A stretch of 64,000 nucleotides of DNA from a bacterium (GTDB lineage: Bacteria > Hydrothermota > Tepidihabitantia > Tepidihabitantales > Tepidihabitantaceae). Below the pieces are notes generated by a model. The model ran no database searches and had not been told where the DNA came from. It worked only from the letters and a program-made list of their open reading frames with translations. Below, in pieces: positions 38,346-47,755 of the stretch. The stretch's first letter is position 1; every line of letters starts with the position of its first letter. A program made the position numbers and the translations under genes. The DNA is taken from positions 994 to 64,993 of the forward strand of contig JAWOHE010000021.1 in assembly GCA_046485285.1 (NCBI GenBank), given 5' to 3'.

Positions 38346-39046
38346 GAACTGCCGCCTGCGTCGTGGCCGCCGCGCTCCTGCTCGGCGGTGCCGCCTGCAT
38401 CGCCCCGCTCGCCCGCACCAGTGCCAACGATCCGGGCCTCGCGCTCGAGTTCGGCGCCGGGCTCTCGGAGTATCGCGGCCACGTCTTCACCGCCGACTCG
38501 ACCGCGCTCCTCGGCTTCCGCACCGTCCTGCGCGACGTCAACGTCGGTCCTTACGCGGCCGCGCGGGTCGGCTACGGCTTCCGACGGGGCTTCGGCGCGG
38601 ACCTCACCATCGCCGGCGCGTGGGGCGCACCGCTCAAGCGCGGCGCCGACTGGGGCGGCTGGCTCGAGGCCGCCGTCGGGCTCAAGTACCGGCCCTTCCG
38701 GACCAACAACCTGTTCTTCGCCGAGGTCGGCTGGCCGTCGCTCGCGCTCGGCTGGGCCGGCGGGTTCCCGATGAATCGGCCCGAGCAGTGGAGCGTGACC
38801 GCGCGCATCGGCACCGGCTGGCCCGAGGGCATCCCGGAGGAGATCACCCTCGAATGGCTCGCCGGCATGCTGCCGCCCAGCGGGTTCCAGCTCAGCCTCG
38901 GCCGCAACATCGCGCTCGGCCGGGGCAGGATGACGCTGATGCCCCAGGCCGGGGTCGGCATCGGCTTCAACTGGTCGCCGCTCAAGGCCAGCCTCGCCAA
39001 CGTCACCGCCGGGGTCAGCGTCAGCCCGTCCCTGCGCCACCGCTAG
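38342..39046 (+). CDS. Putative lipoprotein / small beta-barrel, unknown function
   Basis: ATG 38342 follows AAGGAGGA and overlaps the upstream stop. MRTAACVVAAALLLGGAAC has lipobox GGAAC. Rich in Gly and aromatics. 3' part of ORF 37823..39046. Confidence 0.6.
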   Translation: MRTAACVVAAALLLGGAACIAPLARTSANDPGLALEFGAGLSEYRGHVFTADSTALLGFRTVLRDVNVGPYAAARVGYGFRRGFGADLTIAGAWGAPLKRGADWGGWLEAAVGLKYRPFRTNNLFFAEVGWPSLALGWAGGFPMNRPEQWSVTARIGTGWPEGIPEEITLEWLAGMLPPSGFQLSLGRNIALGRGRMTLMPQAGVGIGFNWSPLKASLANVTAGVSVSPSLRHR

Positions 39047-39047
39047 C

Positions 39048-39680
39048 TTGAGCGAGCCCTGTGACTGCGGGGCGCCGCGCCCCCGGCATCGCGCCGCGCT
39101 CGCCGTGGCCGCGGTCACCGTCGGCTACAACGTCGTCGAGGGCATCGTCTCGCTCGTCTTCGGCGGGCTCGCGGGCTCGGCGGCGCTCGTCGGCTTCGGG
39201 CTCGACAGCTTCATGGAGTCGCTCTCCGGCGGGATAATGCTCTGGCGCTTCGGCCGGCGCTGGGCCACGCCCGAGGCCGAACTCCGCGCCGAGCGACGAG
39301 CGACGACCGCGGTCGGGATTACCTTCTTCGTCTTCGCGGCCTACGTCCTCTACGAGACGGTCGGGAAGCTCGTCCGGCGCGAGACCCCGGACCCGAGCCT
39401 GCCCGGCATCGTCATCGCGCTGGTCTCGGTCATCACGATGCCGACGTTGTTCTTCCTCAAGCGTCGCGTCGCCCGCCGCATCGGCTCGCGCAGCCTCGCC
39501 GCCGACGCCAAGCAAACCCTCGCCTGCCTGTTTCTTTCGATCGCGCTCCTCGTCGGGCTCGGGGCCAACTACCTCTGGGAATTCTGGCTCGCCGACCCGG
39601 GCGTCGGCCTGCTCATCGTTGGCTACCTCGTGCGCGAGGGCGCGGTCACTCTCCGCGACCGCAGGCTCTGCGCCTGCTGA
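39048..39680 (+). CDS. Cation-efflux (CDF-like) membrane protein
   Basis: 210 aa, polytopic. VEGIVSLVFGGLAGSAALVGFGLDSFMESLSG and LAADAKQTLACLFLS resemble CDF TM2/TM5 metal-site helices. TTG start. No cytoplasmic C-terminal domain. Confidence 0.6.
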   Translation: MSEPCDCGAPRPRHRAALAVAAVTVGYNVVEGIVSLVFGGLAGSAALVGFGLDSFMESLSGGIMLWRFGRRWATPEAELRAERRATTAVGITFFVFAAYVLYETVGKLVRRETPDPSLPGIVIALVSVITMPTLFFLKRRVARRIGSRSLAADAKQTLACLFLSIALLVGLGANYLWEFWLADPGVGLLIVGYLVREGAVTLRDRRLCAC

Positions 39681-41274
39681 CCGGCGGCTTCGGGACCGCG
39701 AGGCCGACCAGTACGCTCGTGACGACGCACAGCCCGGCCGAGTAGTACACCCAGCCCGGCACGCCGAGCGGGAACCGGTACGCCGGCCCCCAGCGCCAAG
39801 GGTCGAGTGCGGCCACAAGCACCAGCGCGAACACCGCGCTCCACGCGAGCCCGCGCCGCGTCGTCCGCGCCCAGGCCTCGGCCCCTGCTCGCGGGAACGC
39901 CAGGCTCCCGGCGACGAGCACCGCGGCGCTGGCAAGCACGACCGGTACGACCGGCAACAGCCCGAACGCCGGCAGCAGCCTGAAGTGGTAGAGCACCACC
40001 AGCGCCTCACCTGCGGCGATTGAGGCAAACCCCGCCCACGGGTTCGCCCGCGGCCACCACGCCGCGGCGAGCGACACCGGGAACAGCACCGCGAGCCCGG
40101 TGAACGCCTCGGTCGCAATCGCCAGCATCGTCGCGCCCGGCCGCAGGGCAATCAGCAGGCCCAATCCGGCCAGCAGCACGACCGCGGTGCGCCGACCCGG
40201 GAACCGCAGCCGCTCGCGTCCGAGGAGCACGGGCAGGTCTCGCACCAGCATCGACGAGAGCGTCAGCAGCTGCGAGTCCATCGTCGACATCAACGCCGCG
40301 AGCCCGGCCGCCAGCACCGCCGCGCCGGCCCATGCCGGCAGGGCCCGGCCGGCGGCAAGCGCCAGCACCCCGTCGGCCGCCTTGCCCTCGAGCCCGGGCA
40401 CGGCCGACCTGCCGATCACGCCGACCGCGATCGGCAGGAAGAACAGCCCGGCGGTCACCAGCGGGTAGAGCGTCGCGGTTCGGATGAGCGCGCGCTCGTC
40501 GCGCGCCGCGAGGAACCGCTGGAAGAGCTGGGGGAACATCGGGTCGGCCGCGAACCACAGGAGGTAATAGGAAAACGTCAGCGCGACGGTGAAGCCGCCC
40601 GGGCCGGGCCGGCTGAACAGCGCCGGGAGCAGGTCCGCGACCTGCCGGTTGGCGTTCCCGAAGCCGCCCAGCGCGCCGGACAGCCCGAACAGCAGCGCGG
40701 CGAGCGCCACGCTCATCACTATGCCCTGCAGCACGTCGGTGAGGACATCCCCGCGCATCCCGGCGAGGAGCAGGTAGCCGACGCCGACGACCGTCACCAG
40801 CACCGCCCCGGCCCCGACCGGCACCCCGAACAGCCCATGCAGCGCGTAGCCGGCCCCGAGCGGCTGGAGCGCGAGGTAGGGAAGGGTGAACACGACCATC
40901 ACCGCAAGATAGGCGCCGTGCAGCCAGCGGTTGCCGAACCGGAGCCGGATGAGCTCGGGCGGCGTCACGGCTCCCAGCCGGCGGGCGGCGCGCATCGCCG
41001 GGATGCCGAAGAAGATGAACGACAACGCCATGAACCCGGTGCCGAACGCCATCACCGGGTAGTACGCCCAGCCCGACCGGTAGCCCTCGCCCGCGAACCC
41101 GAACACCGTGAATGCCGAGAAGTTGGTCGCGGCCATCGTCGCGAGGAGCAGGGCCGGACCGATCGAGCGGCCGGCAAGGAAGAAGTCCTCGTCTCCGGGC
41201 CGGGCCCGGCGCCGGGCCCAGAGCCCGAGGCCGGCCAGCGCCGCAAGGTAGCCGGCGATTATCGCAATCGTCAA
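39646..41274 (-). CDS. Sodium:solute symporter family transporter
   Basis: 542 aa, about 13 TM helices. DFFLAGRSIGPALLLATMAATNFSAFTVFG is the SSF N-terminal signature. TTG start follows GGAGCGGAG. 35-nt convergent overlap with the CDF-like gene. Confidence 0.8.
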   Translation of the reverse strand: MTIAIIAGYLAALAGLGLWARRRARPGDEDFFLAGRSIGPALLLATMAATNFSAFTVFGFAGEGYRSGWAYYPVMAFGTGFMALSFIFFGIPAMRAARRLGAVTPPELIRLRFGNRWLHGAYLAVMVVFTLPYLALQPLGAGYALHGLFGVPVGAGAVLVTVVGVGYLLLAGMRGDVLTDVLQGIVMSVALAALLFGLSGALGGFGNANRQVADLLPALFSRPGPGGFTVALTFSYYLLWFAADPMFPQLFQRFLAARDERALIRTATLYPLVTAGLFFLPIAVGVIGRSAVPGLEGKAADGVLALAAGRALPAWAGAAVLAAGLAALMSTMDSQLLTLSSMLVRDLPVLLGRERLRFPGRRTAVVLLAGLGLLIALRPGATMLAIATEAFTGLAVLFPVSLAAAWWPRANPWAGFASIAAGEALVVLYHFRLLPAFGLLPVVPVVLASAAVLVAGSLAFPRAGAEAWARTTRRGLAWSAVFALVLVAALDPWRWGPAYRFPLGVPGWVYYSAGLCVVTSVLVGLAVPKPPVSRRRACGRGE

Positions 41275-41469
41275 GGCTCCGCTCCTCTCATCCCGCGCGG
41301 ACCTTCGGGCAGACCGGGACGGTATTCACCCGCAACGCATCTCTCCTCTTCCTGCGGCTGTCATCTCGATCTCCACGGAGGGGTCGCTTCCCGGTCCGCG
41401 GTTCGTGGTCCACCCTTCTGCCTTCTTCCTCACCCGTGTCCGTCCAAGGTCGTCCTGTCGGTCGTCCCG

Positions 41470-41560
41470 GGAAAAAGCAAACGCCATCCCGGGCCGGTCG
41501 GGATGGCTTGCGCCTGACATAGCCGGCGGGTGAGAATAACCGACCGGCGCCAGCGGTCAA
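41470..41560 (-). promoter_or_regulatory. Promoter followed about 20-55 nt later by an intrinsic terminator (attenuator or tiny sRNA) upstream of the symporter
   Basis: Minus strand: TTGACC (41560-41555), 16-nt spacer, TATTCT (41538-41533). Then GCCATCCCG-ACCGGCC-CGGGATGGC (41507-41483) followed by GTTTGCTTTTTCC (41482-41470). The symporter start is about 200 nt further on. Confidence 0.5.
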
Positions 41561-41597
41561 ATCCTGCCCGGCCCGTCAGCCGGCGCCGGTTCCCTAG

Positions 41598-41626
41598 TTG
41601 ACATTCTTGCCCCCGGCCTGATAATT
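41598..41626 (+). promoter_or_regulatory. Near-consensus sigma70 promoter for the giant C25 protease gene
   Basis: TTGACA (41598-41603), 17-nt spacer, ATAATT (41621-41626). This leaves a ~215-nt GC-rich leader before TAGGAGG and ATG 41846. Confidence 0.6.
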
Positions 41627-41845
41627 TACCGGTCCTGACCCGGGTTGTGGAGCGCAAACTGGTGATGGCTCCGACGTCGTCCGCCGTTGGCGCGCAACGC
41701 CCGCTTGGCACCAGGCAGTTCGGGCCCGGCCGCCTGCTGCGGGAACCGCAAGCCGGCTTCGACAGGCAGCGGCACGCCGCTATCCCTGCGCGTGCGCTGG
41801 ACGGAACCGAAGTGAGTGCAGTCGGTCGGTCAAGTAGGAGGCAAT

Positions 41846-44800
41846 ATGTCACGGGTACTGGTCGCCTTGTTCGTCGTCCTGCTCGCTGCCCCAATGCCGG
41901 CTCTCGGCGCGTGGTCGGGCCGAGTGGAAATCTCCCCCGCATCTCTCGAGTTCGGCACCGCCACGCGCACGGGCGAAACCTACGACCTCGTGTCGGTGCG
42001 GCCCGACTACGGCCCGCGCCGGGCCGGCCTCGACGTCATCTATCCCCGCACGCCGGGTGAGCCGCTGCTGCCGGCGTGGACGCTGACTATCGTCATCCCG
42101 CAGGGAATGCGGGTGGCGTCGCTTGAAGCCGTGCCCGACCGGGTCGTCGAACTGCCCGGCCGCTTCCGGCTGATGCCGGCCCAGCAGCCGGTGCCGGTCT
42201 CGACCCGCGACCTCCCGACCGCGCTGCCGCTCGACGCGGCGATCGCGGCGTCCGACGCCGCCTGGCCCGCGGCCTGGGCCGAGGTTGGCCCGGTCGGCGT
42301 CAAGTCCGGCTTCCGGCTCGTGACTATCACCCTCACTCCCCTTCGCTGGCACGCCCGGTCCGGCCAGCTCGAACTTGCCACCGGGCTCGCGATCCGGGTC
42401 GACTATGAACCGGACCCGTCCGCACGGCCGGAACAGCTTTCCGAGCGCCAGCTCGCCCGGTTCGCGCCCGCGGTCCGCGCTCTCGTTTTCAACCCGGCCG
42501 AGGTCCGGCGCCACGCGCCCGCGGTCCGCGCGACCGACTTCGGTGACATCGACTGCGTCATCCTGACCTCGACGACACTCGCGCCGGCGTTTGCCCCGCT
42601 CGTCAGCTGGCACACCCGCAAGGGCTTCAAAACCGAGACCCGAACCACGGCATGGGTCTACTCCAACTACTCCGGCCGCGACAACCAGGAGCGCATCCGC
42701 AACTTCGTCCGCGACTACTACAACAACGAGGGTCTGATGTGGCTCCTCCTCGGCGGCGACACCGCGGTCGTGCCGACCCGGCGGGCCCGGGCGGTGGTCA
42801 GCGGCGAGGTCGGCAACATCCCCTGCGACCTCTACTACGCCGACCTCCAGTGGTCCTGGGACGGCAACAATAACAACATCTTCGGCGAGGCCAACGTCGA
42901 CACGGTAGACCTGTACTACGACCTCTACGTCGGCCGGGCTTCGGTCGACGACACCATCCAGGTCAACACCCTCATCAACAAGATTCTGACCCACGAGCAG
43001 AACCCGCCGACCGACTACCTCCGTCGGATGCTGCTCGCCGACGCCCCGCTGTGGACCGGGTACGACCACACCCAGTCCAACGACTCGATCGCCGCGATCA
43101 CCCCGGCGGGCTGGACCGACGTCTTCATCCACAGCCCGACCAACACCACGACCATCCGCGACTCGATCAACCACGGCTTCCAGTTCGTCCACATCGTCGG
43201 CCACGGCAACGAAGTCGGCATCTACAACGGCTCGACGAACATGTACGGCACCAACGCGGCCAGTGCCCAGACCAACGGCGACCGGGTCAACCTGGTCAAC
43301 TCGATCGCCTGCTACCCGGGCAACTTCGAGTACTCCGACTGCCTCGCCGAGGCCGCCCATAACCGGCGCGGCGGCGGCTCGGTCGCGGTGATAATGAACT
43401 CGCGCTACGGCTGGGGCACCCCGCCCAACATCGGCCCGTCCGAGAAGCTCGACATCCGCTTCTACGACTACTTCTTCAACCACGCCACGATGCCGATTGG
43501 TATCACCCACGCCGCGTCGAAAGAAGTCTACCGGAACACCGCGATAAACATGCAGGTCTGGCGCTGGTGCTACTACGAACTCAACCTCTTCGCCGACCCG
43601 CTGCTCGTGATGTACGAGAACGTCCCCGGGACCCTCGCGCTGACCTTCACGAGCCCGATCGCCACCGGCAGTCAGAACTACACCGTCACTGTCCGAAGTG
43701 GCGGCAGCACCCTCGCCGGCGCGCTCGTCTGCCTCCAGAAGGGAACCGAGGTCTACGCCCGCGACTACACCAACTCGTCCGGCCAGGTGACGCTCGCGAT
43801 CGACCCGACCACCGCCGGCTACATGCAGATAACCGCGACCGCCGCGAACCACCTCCCGGCCTACGACTCCTGCCAGGTCGTCGCGACCCTGCACGACATC
43901 GCCGCCGACCGCATCCTCGCGCCGACCGGCAATGTCGTGCTCGGCACCGTCGTCACGCCGCAGGCGGTTGTCCGCAACCTCGGCTCCGCCACCGAGACCA
44001 ATGTCCCGGTCCGCCTCCGCATCGGCACCGGCTACACCGACAACCAGACCATCGGCAGCATCGCCGCCGGCGACTCGGCGGTCGTCAGCTTCACCGGCTG
44101 GACGGCGACGCCGGTCGGCGGCTACCTCGTTCGCTGCTCGACCGGCCTCGCCGGCGACATGCAGCCGGACAACGACACCGCCTCGGCCGCCGCCAACGTC
44201 TACGAACTCCGGGACGTCGCGACGACTGCGATAATCGCGCCGACCGGCACGGTCGACTCGGGCCAGGTCATTATCCCCCAGGCCCGGGTCCGGAACAACG
44301 GCTCGGCGGCGGCATCCTTCCCGGTCATCTTCCGCATCGGCACCGGCTACACCGATACCTCCAACGTCAGCAGCCTGAACCCCGGCGACTCGGCCGTCGT
44401 CAGCTTCGCCGGTTGGACGGCGGGCAGCGTCGGCGTGTACGCGGTCAGCTGCTCGACCGCCCTCCTCAATGACAGCTTCCCGGCCAACAACCGGCTCACC
44501 GGCTCGGTCACGGTGGGCTTCCGCGACGTCGCGGTCACTGCGATCCTCTCGCCGGCCGGGACCTTCGACTCGACCGCGACACGGTCGGTGCAGGCCCGCG
44601 TCCGCAACAACGGCACGACGACGGTCAGCTTCCCGGTGCTCTTCCGCATCACCGGGCCGGTCAACTGGTCGGACACCGCGACCGTCTCGAACCTCGCCCC
44701 GGGCAACGAGGTGACCGTCAACTTCGCGAGCTGGACGATCGGCCCGCGCGGGACCTACGCCGCCGCCTGCTCGACCCGGCTCACCGGCGACGGCCAGAAC

Positions 44801-47320
44801 GGCAATGACCGGGCGACCGGCGAGTTCGTGGTCCGCGTCCGCGACGCCGCCGCCATCGGTTTCGCCGCGCCCGCTGCGCTGGTCGACTCGGGAGAGATCG
44901 TACCAGTCCGGCCCGTCGTCGCCAACTACGGCTCGGTCGCCTCGAACGTCGGGGTCCGGGTCGTGCTCGGCAGCGGCTACGCCGAGCAGTTGGTCGTCCT
45001 CATCAGCGCGGCGACGGTGGACACCGTCGACCTGCCGGACTGGACCGTCACGGCCGGCCGGGGCAACGTGCTGGCGCGCTGCTCGACCTGGGTCACCGGC
45101 GACATCGACCCCGCCAACGACGTCTGCCTCGACACGGTCTTCGTCGCGGTCCGGGACGTCGGCGTTACCGAGCTCATCGCGCCGACCGGCACGGTTGACT
45201 CCGGCGTGACCATCACCCCCCGGGCCCGGGTCCGCAACCACGGCAACCTCGCCGCGGACTTCACGGTCCGGTTCACCATCGCCGACGGCTACGTCGATAC
45301 CCGCCCTCTCACCCTCCTCCCGGGCCAGGACACCGCCCTCTCCTTCGCCGACTGGGTCGCGGCCACGCCCGGTTTCTTCGCGGTCCGCTGCTCGACTCGG
45401 ATGGTCAGCGACTTCTACCCGGCCAACAACCGGCTCACCGGCTCGGTCAACGTCGCCGGCACCGACGTCGGCGTCGTCGCCATCCTCGCGCCCGGCGCCG
45501 GCATCTTCCCCGGCCTAGTCAACCCGGCCGCCCGCTGGCGAAACTATAGCCCGGCGGCCAAGGACTTCACGGTCTGGCTCAGCATCGCCGACTCGCTCGG
45601 CGCGGTCGCCTTCGCCGACAGCGCGGCGGTGGTCGGTCTCGCCCGCGACTCGAGCGTCGACGTCGTCTTCGCGTCTTGGGACGCGGCCCCGGGCCGCTAC
45701 GCCCTGCGCTGCTCGACCTGGATCGCCGGTGACGTGAACCCGGCCAATGACACCGCCGGCCTCGCGGTCCGGGTCTACCGCCGCGACGTCGGCGTCGAGG
45801 CGATTGTCTTCCCGGTCGGCGTTATCCGGCCGATGTCCACCTCGCCGGTCATCCGGGTCGCCAATTACGGCGACGGGCCCGAAAGCTTCTGGGGCCACCT
45901 CGTCATCGAGGACTCGGTGAGCGGCGCGCTCGCCTACCGCGACTCGGTCTACATCACCGGGGTCGACCCCGGCGAGCATGCCACCCGTAGCCTGCCCGGC
46001 TGGACCGCGACCCTCGGCTACTTCCGTCTCACCGGCTGGACCGCTGCCGGCGGCGACGCCGACCGCTCCAACGACACCGCCCGGGCCCGGCTGGTCTGCA
46101 CCCCGGGCGCGCTCGGCTGGCAGGCCGGCGCCGACCTGCCGCCCGGCGCGAAGCCGGTCAAGCAGGGTGGCTGCCTGACCGGACTCGAGACCGACACCGC
46201 CCGGATCTACTGCCTCAAGGGCAACAAGACCTTTGAGTTCTACGGCTACAACGCCGCGACCGGCGAATGGACCGCCCTCGCGGCGCTGCCGCCCGGCCCG
46301 TCCGGCAAACCGGTCAAGAAAGGCGCGGCCCTCTGCGCCGACGGCGAGCGCTACGTCTACGCGCTCAAGGGCAACAAGACCTTCGAGTTCTGGCGCTTCG
46401 ACACCCATGAGAACGAATGGCTCCAGCTCGCCGACCTGCCGGCCGGCGCTCGCAAGCTCGCCGATGGCGCCGGGCTCGCCTTCGCCAGCATCGACGGCCT
46501 CGACTACGTCTACTGTCTCAAGGGCTCGAAGACCCTCGAGTTCCTCCGCTACGAGATCGCCGGCGGCGCCTGGGAAATCCTCACCGACGCGCCTGCCGGC
46601 CCGCGCGGCAAGGTGTTCAAGAAAGGCTCGGCCTTCGGCGCCGGCAACGAGGGCCTCTATGCCCTCAAGGGCGGCACCAACGAGTTCTACCGCTACGACA
46701 CGGACCGCGGCGAGTGGACGGCGCGCGCCGAGTTCCCGGCCTACAGCGCCAACTCCAAGCGCAACAAGGCCAAGGACGGCTGCGCCCTCGCCGGTGACGG
46801 CACCGGCTTCGTCTACGCCTTCGCCGGCGGCAACCGTCAGTACTTCTTCGCCTACGGCGAGGCGCCCGACCAGTGGGCCGAGATCGAGTCCCTGCCCCGG
46901 CTCCCGAGCGGCCGCCGGGTCAAGAGCGGCGCCGCGCTCGGCCACTCCGGCCGGCGGATCTGGGCCCTCAAGGGCAACAAGACCCTCGAGTTCTGGGTCT
47001 ACACGCCCGACACGATGGCGCTCCTCGGCATCCGGCCCGGGCGCGGCGGCGTCGCCGGCGCGCCGGTCCCGACCGGGACCGCGGGCCTCCAGCTCGGACC
47101 CAACCCGGCCCGCGCCGAACTCCGCCTCGTCGCCGGTGCCGGCGCCGGCCCGGCCCGCGCCGAACTGCTGAACGCGCTCGGCGCGGTCGTCGCCGAGCGC
47201 ACCATCCTGCCGCGCGCCCTCGCCCGCATCCCGGTCGGCCACCTCCCGGCCGGCAGCTACTTCCTGCGCGTCGAGCAGGACGGCGTTGTGCTCACCCGGA
47301 AGGTGGTAATCAACCGCTGA
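41846..47320 (+). CDS. Peptidase C25 (gingipain-type) family protein with 7 CARDB repeats, a Kelch-like propeller and a T9SS C-terminal domain
   Basis: ATG 41846 follows TAGGAGG. Signal MSRVLVALFVVLLAAPMPALGA. C25 core: LAPAFAPLVSWHTRKG, LLLGGDTAVVPTR, CDLYYADL, catalytic His in HIVGHGN (codon at 43202) and Cys in NSIACYPGNF (codon at 43310). Seven ~105-aa CARDB-like repeats span 43886-46099. Six YxLKGNKTxEFxxY blades span about 46100-47000. The tail LQLGPNPA...GSYFLRVEQDGVVLTRKVVINR is a T9SS sorting domain. Confidence 0.88.
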   Translation: MSRVLVALFVVLLAAPMPALGAWSGRVEISPASLEFGTATRTGETYDLVSVRPDYGPRRAGLDVIYPRTPGEPLLPAWTLTIVIPQGMRVASLEAVPDRVVELPGRFRLMPAQQPVPVSTRDLPTALPLDAAIAASDAAWPAAWAEVGPVGVKSGFRLVTITLTPLRWHARSGQLELATGLAIRVDYEPDPSARPEQLSERQLARFAPAVRALVFNPAEVRRHAPAVRATDFGDIDCVILTSTTLAPAFAPLVSWHTRKGFKTETRTTAWVYSNYSGRDNQERIRNFVRDYYNNEGLMWLLLGGDTAVVPTRRARAVVSGEVGNIPCDLYYADLQWSWDGNNNNIFGEANVDTVDLYYDLYVGRASVDDTIQVNTLINKILTHEQNPPTDYLRRMLLADAPLWTGYDHTQSNDSIAAITPAGWTDVFIHSPTNTTTIRDSINHGFQFVHIVGHGNEVGIYNGSTNMYGTNAASAQTNGDRVNLVNSIACYPGNFEYSDCLAEAAHNRRGGGSVAVIMNSRYGWGTPPNIGPSEKLDIRFYDYFFNHATMPIGITHAASKEVYRNTAINMQVWRWCYYELNLFADPLLVMYENVPGTLALTFTSPIATGSQNYTVTVRSGGSTLAGALVCLQKGTEVYARDYTNSSGQVTLAIDPTTAGYMQITATAANHLPAYDSCQVVATLHDIAADRILAPTGNVVLGTVVTPQAVVRNLGSATETNVPVRLRIGTGYTDNQTIGSIAAGDSAVVSFTGWTATPVGGYLVRCSTGLAGDMQPDNDTASAAANVYELRDVATTAIIAPTGTVDSGQVIIPQARVRNNGSAAASFPVIFRIGTGYTDTSNVSSLNPGDSAVVSFAGWTAGSVGVYAVSCSTALLNDSFPANNRLTGSVTVGFRDVAVTAILSPAGTFDSTATRSVQARVRNNGTTTVSFPVLFRITGPVNWSDTATVSNLAPGNEVTVNFASWTIGPRGTYAAACSTRLTGDGQNGNDRATGEFVVRVRDAAAIGFAAPAALVDSGEIVPVRPVVANYGSVASNVGVRVVLGSGYAEQLVVLISAATVDTVDLPDWTVTAGRGNVLARCSTWVTGDIDPANDVCLDTVFVAVRDVGVTELIAPTGTVDSGVTITPRARVRNHGNLAADFTVRFTIADGYVDTRPLTLLPGQDTALSFADWVAATPGFFAVRCSTRMVSDFYPANNRLTGSVNVAGTDVGVVAILAPGAGIFPGLVNPAARWRNYSPAAKDFTVWLSIADSLGAVAFADSAAVVGLARDSSVDVVFASWDAAPGRYALRCSTWIAGDVNPANDTAGLAVRVYRRDVGVEAIVFPVGVIRPMSTSPVIRVANYGDGPESFWGHLVIEDSVSGALAYRDSVYITGVDPGEHATRSLPGWTATLGYFRLTGWTAAGGDADRSNDTARARLVCTPGALGWQAGADLPPGAKPVKQGGCLTGLETDTARIYCLKGNKTFEFYGYNAATGEWTALAALPPGPSGKPVKKGAALCADGERYVYALKGNKTFEFWRFDTHENEWLQLADLPAGARKLADGAGLAFASIDGLDYVYCLKGSKTLEFLRYEIAGGAWEILTDAPAGPRGKVFKKGSAFGAGNEGLYALKGGTNEFYRYDTDRGEWTARAEFPAYSANSKRNKAKDGCALAGDGTGFVYAFAGGNRQYFFAYGEAPDQWAEIESLPRLPSGRRVKSGAALGHSGRRIWALKGNKTLEFWVYTPDTMALLGIRPGRGGVAGAPVPTGTAGLQLGPNPARAELRLVAGAGAGPARAELLNALGAVVAERTILPRALARIPVGHLPAGSYFLRVEQDGVVLTRKVVINR
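43886..46099 (+). repeat. Seven tandem ~315-bp coding repeats (CARDB-like domains) inside the C25 gene
   Basis: Each unit has the pattern RDVxxxxIxAPxGxVDSGxxxxPxAxVRNxG...FxxWTA...YxxxCSTxLxxDxxPxND. 738 aa over 7 units gives about 105 aa per unit. Confidence 0.8.
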
Positions 47321-47339
47321 CCGGAAGGCTCGCGACTTC

Positions 47340-47367
47340 GAAGCGCCCCGGCTGCCCGGGGCGCTTC
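47340..47367. terminator. Intrinsic terminator hairpin between convergent genes
   Basis: GAAGCGCCCCGG-CTGC-CCGGGGCGCTTC (12-bp perfect stem) between the C25 stop (47320) and the cupin gene stop (47390). Confidence 0.65.
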
Positions 47368-47389
47368 GCTGATATCGGGTCCGCCGCGC

Positions 47390-47749
47390 CTAGCGAATCT
47401 CCTCGCCCGCGCGGGTCCAGGCCGGGTCGACGATGCAGATAAACGCGACCTCCTCCGCGCCGTCGTTCTCCAGCCACTGCTCGGCCCCGGCCGGGATGTA
47501 GACCGCGTCGCCCGCGCCGACGCGCCGGGCCTCACCCGCGACGTGCATCACCCCGCTCCCCCGCTCCAGCCAGTAGACCTCGGCCCGGTCCAGCCGGTGC
47601 GGCCGCGACGACTCCCCGGCCCCGAGCCGGGCGCGGGCGAGCGAGAAGCGGACCCCGGCCGGGTCGCGGTCCGGGTGCAGGAGCTCGCGCAACAGCGTGC
47701 CGTCACCGGCGGTGATTTCCGGGCAGTCGGCCAGCCGCTTGACCAGCAA
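47390..47749 (-). CDS. Cupin domain protein
   Basis: 119 aa with PHRLDRAEVYWLERGSGVMHVAGEARRVGAGDAVYIPAGAEQWLEN, i.e. the two cupin motifs (H...E...G and P.G..H/Q..N). Confidence 0.78.
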   Translation of the reverse strand: MLVKRLADCPEITAGDGTLLRELLHPDRDPAGVRFSLARARLGAGESSRPHRLDRAEVYWLERGSGVMHVAGEARRVGAGDAVYIPAGAEQWLENDGAEEVAFICIVDPAWTRAGEEIR

Positions 47750-47755
47750 GCCGGG

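Noticed and set aside
41326-41520. 64-codon ORF starting 6 nt after the predicted TSS upstream of the symporter, as a possible leader peptide
   Set aside because: It runs straight through the terminator hairpin and has atypical composition with no recognisable motif. It is more likely non-coding leader sequence.
41706-41721. Sigma54 promoter in the C25 leader (TGGCACCAGGCAGTTC)
   Set aside because: The -24 half matches, but the -12 position has no TTGC/GC element at the required spacing.
41633-41845. c-di-GMP-I (GEMM) riboswitch in the C25 leader (GCGCAAAC ... GCGCAACGCC)
   Set aside because: There is only a loose resemblance to the two CGCAAA-type segments, and I could not build the paired P1/P2 helices with a tetraloop and receptor. 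Left as an unclassified long leader.
41849-45241. Very long ORFs antisense to confident genes (e.g. 41849..45241-, 45515..47242-, 15826..18066+, 2552..3580-, 58280..60244-, 61334..63868-, 47543..49096+)
   Set aside because: These are typical shadow ORFs of GC-rich DNA. Their translations are Arg/Gly/Pro/Ala/Asp-rich low-complexity strings with no motifs, while the opposite strand encodes proteins with clear family signatures and GC3 bias.
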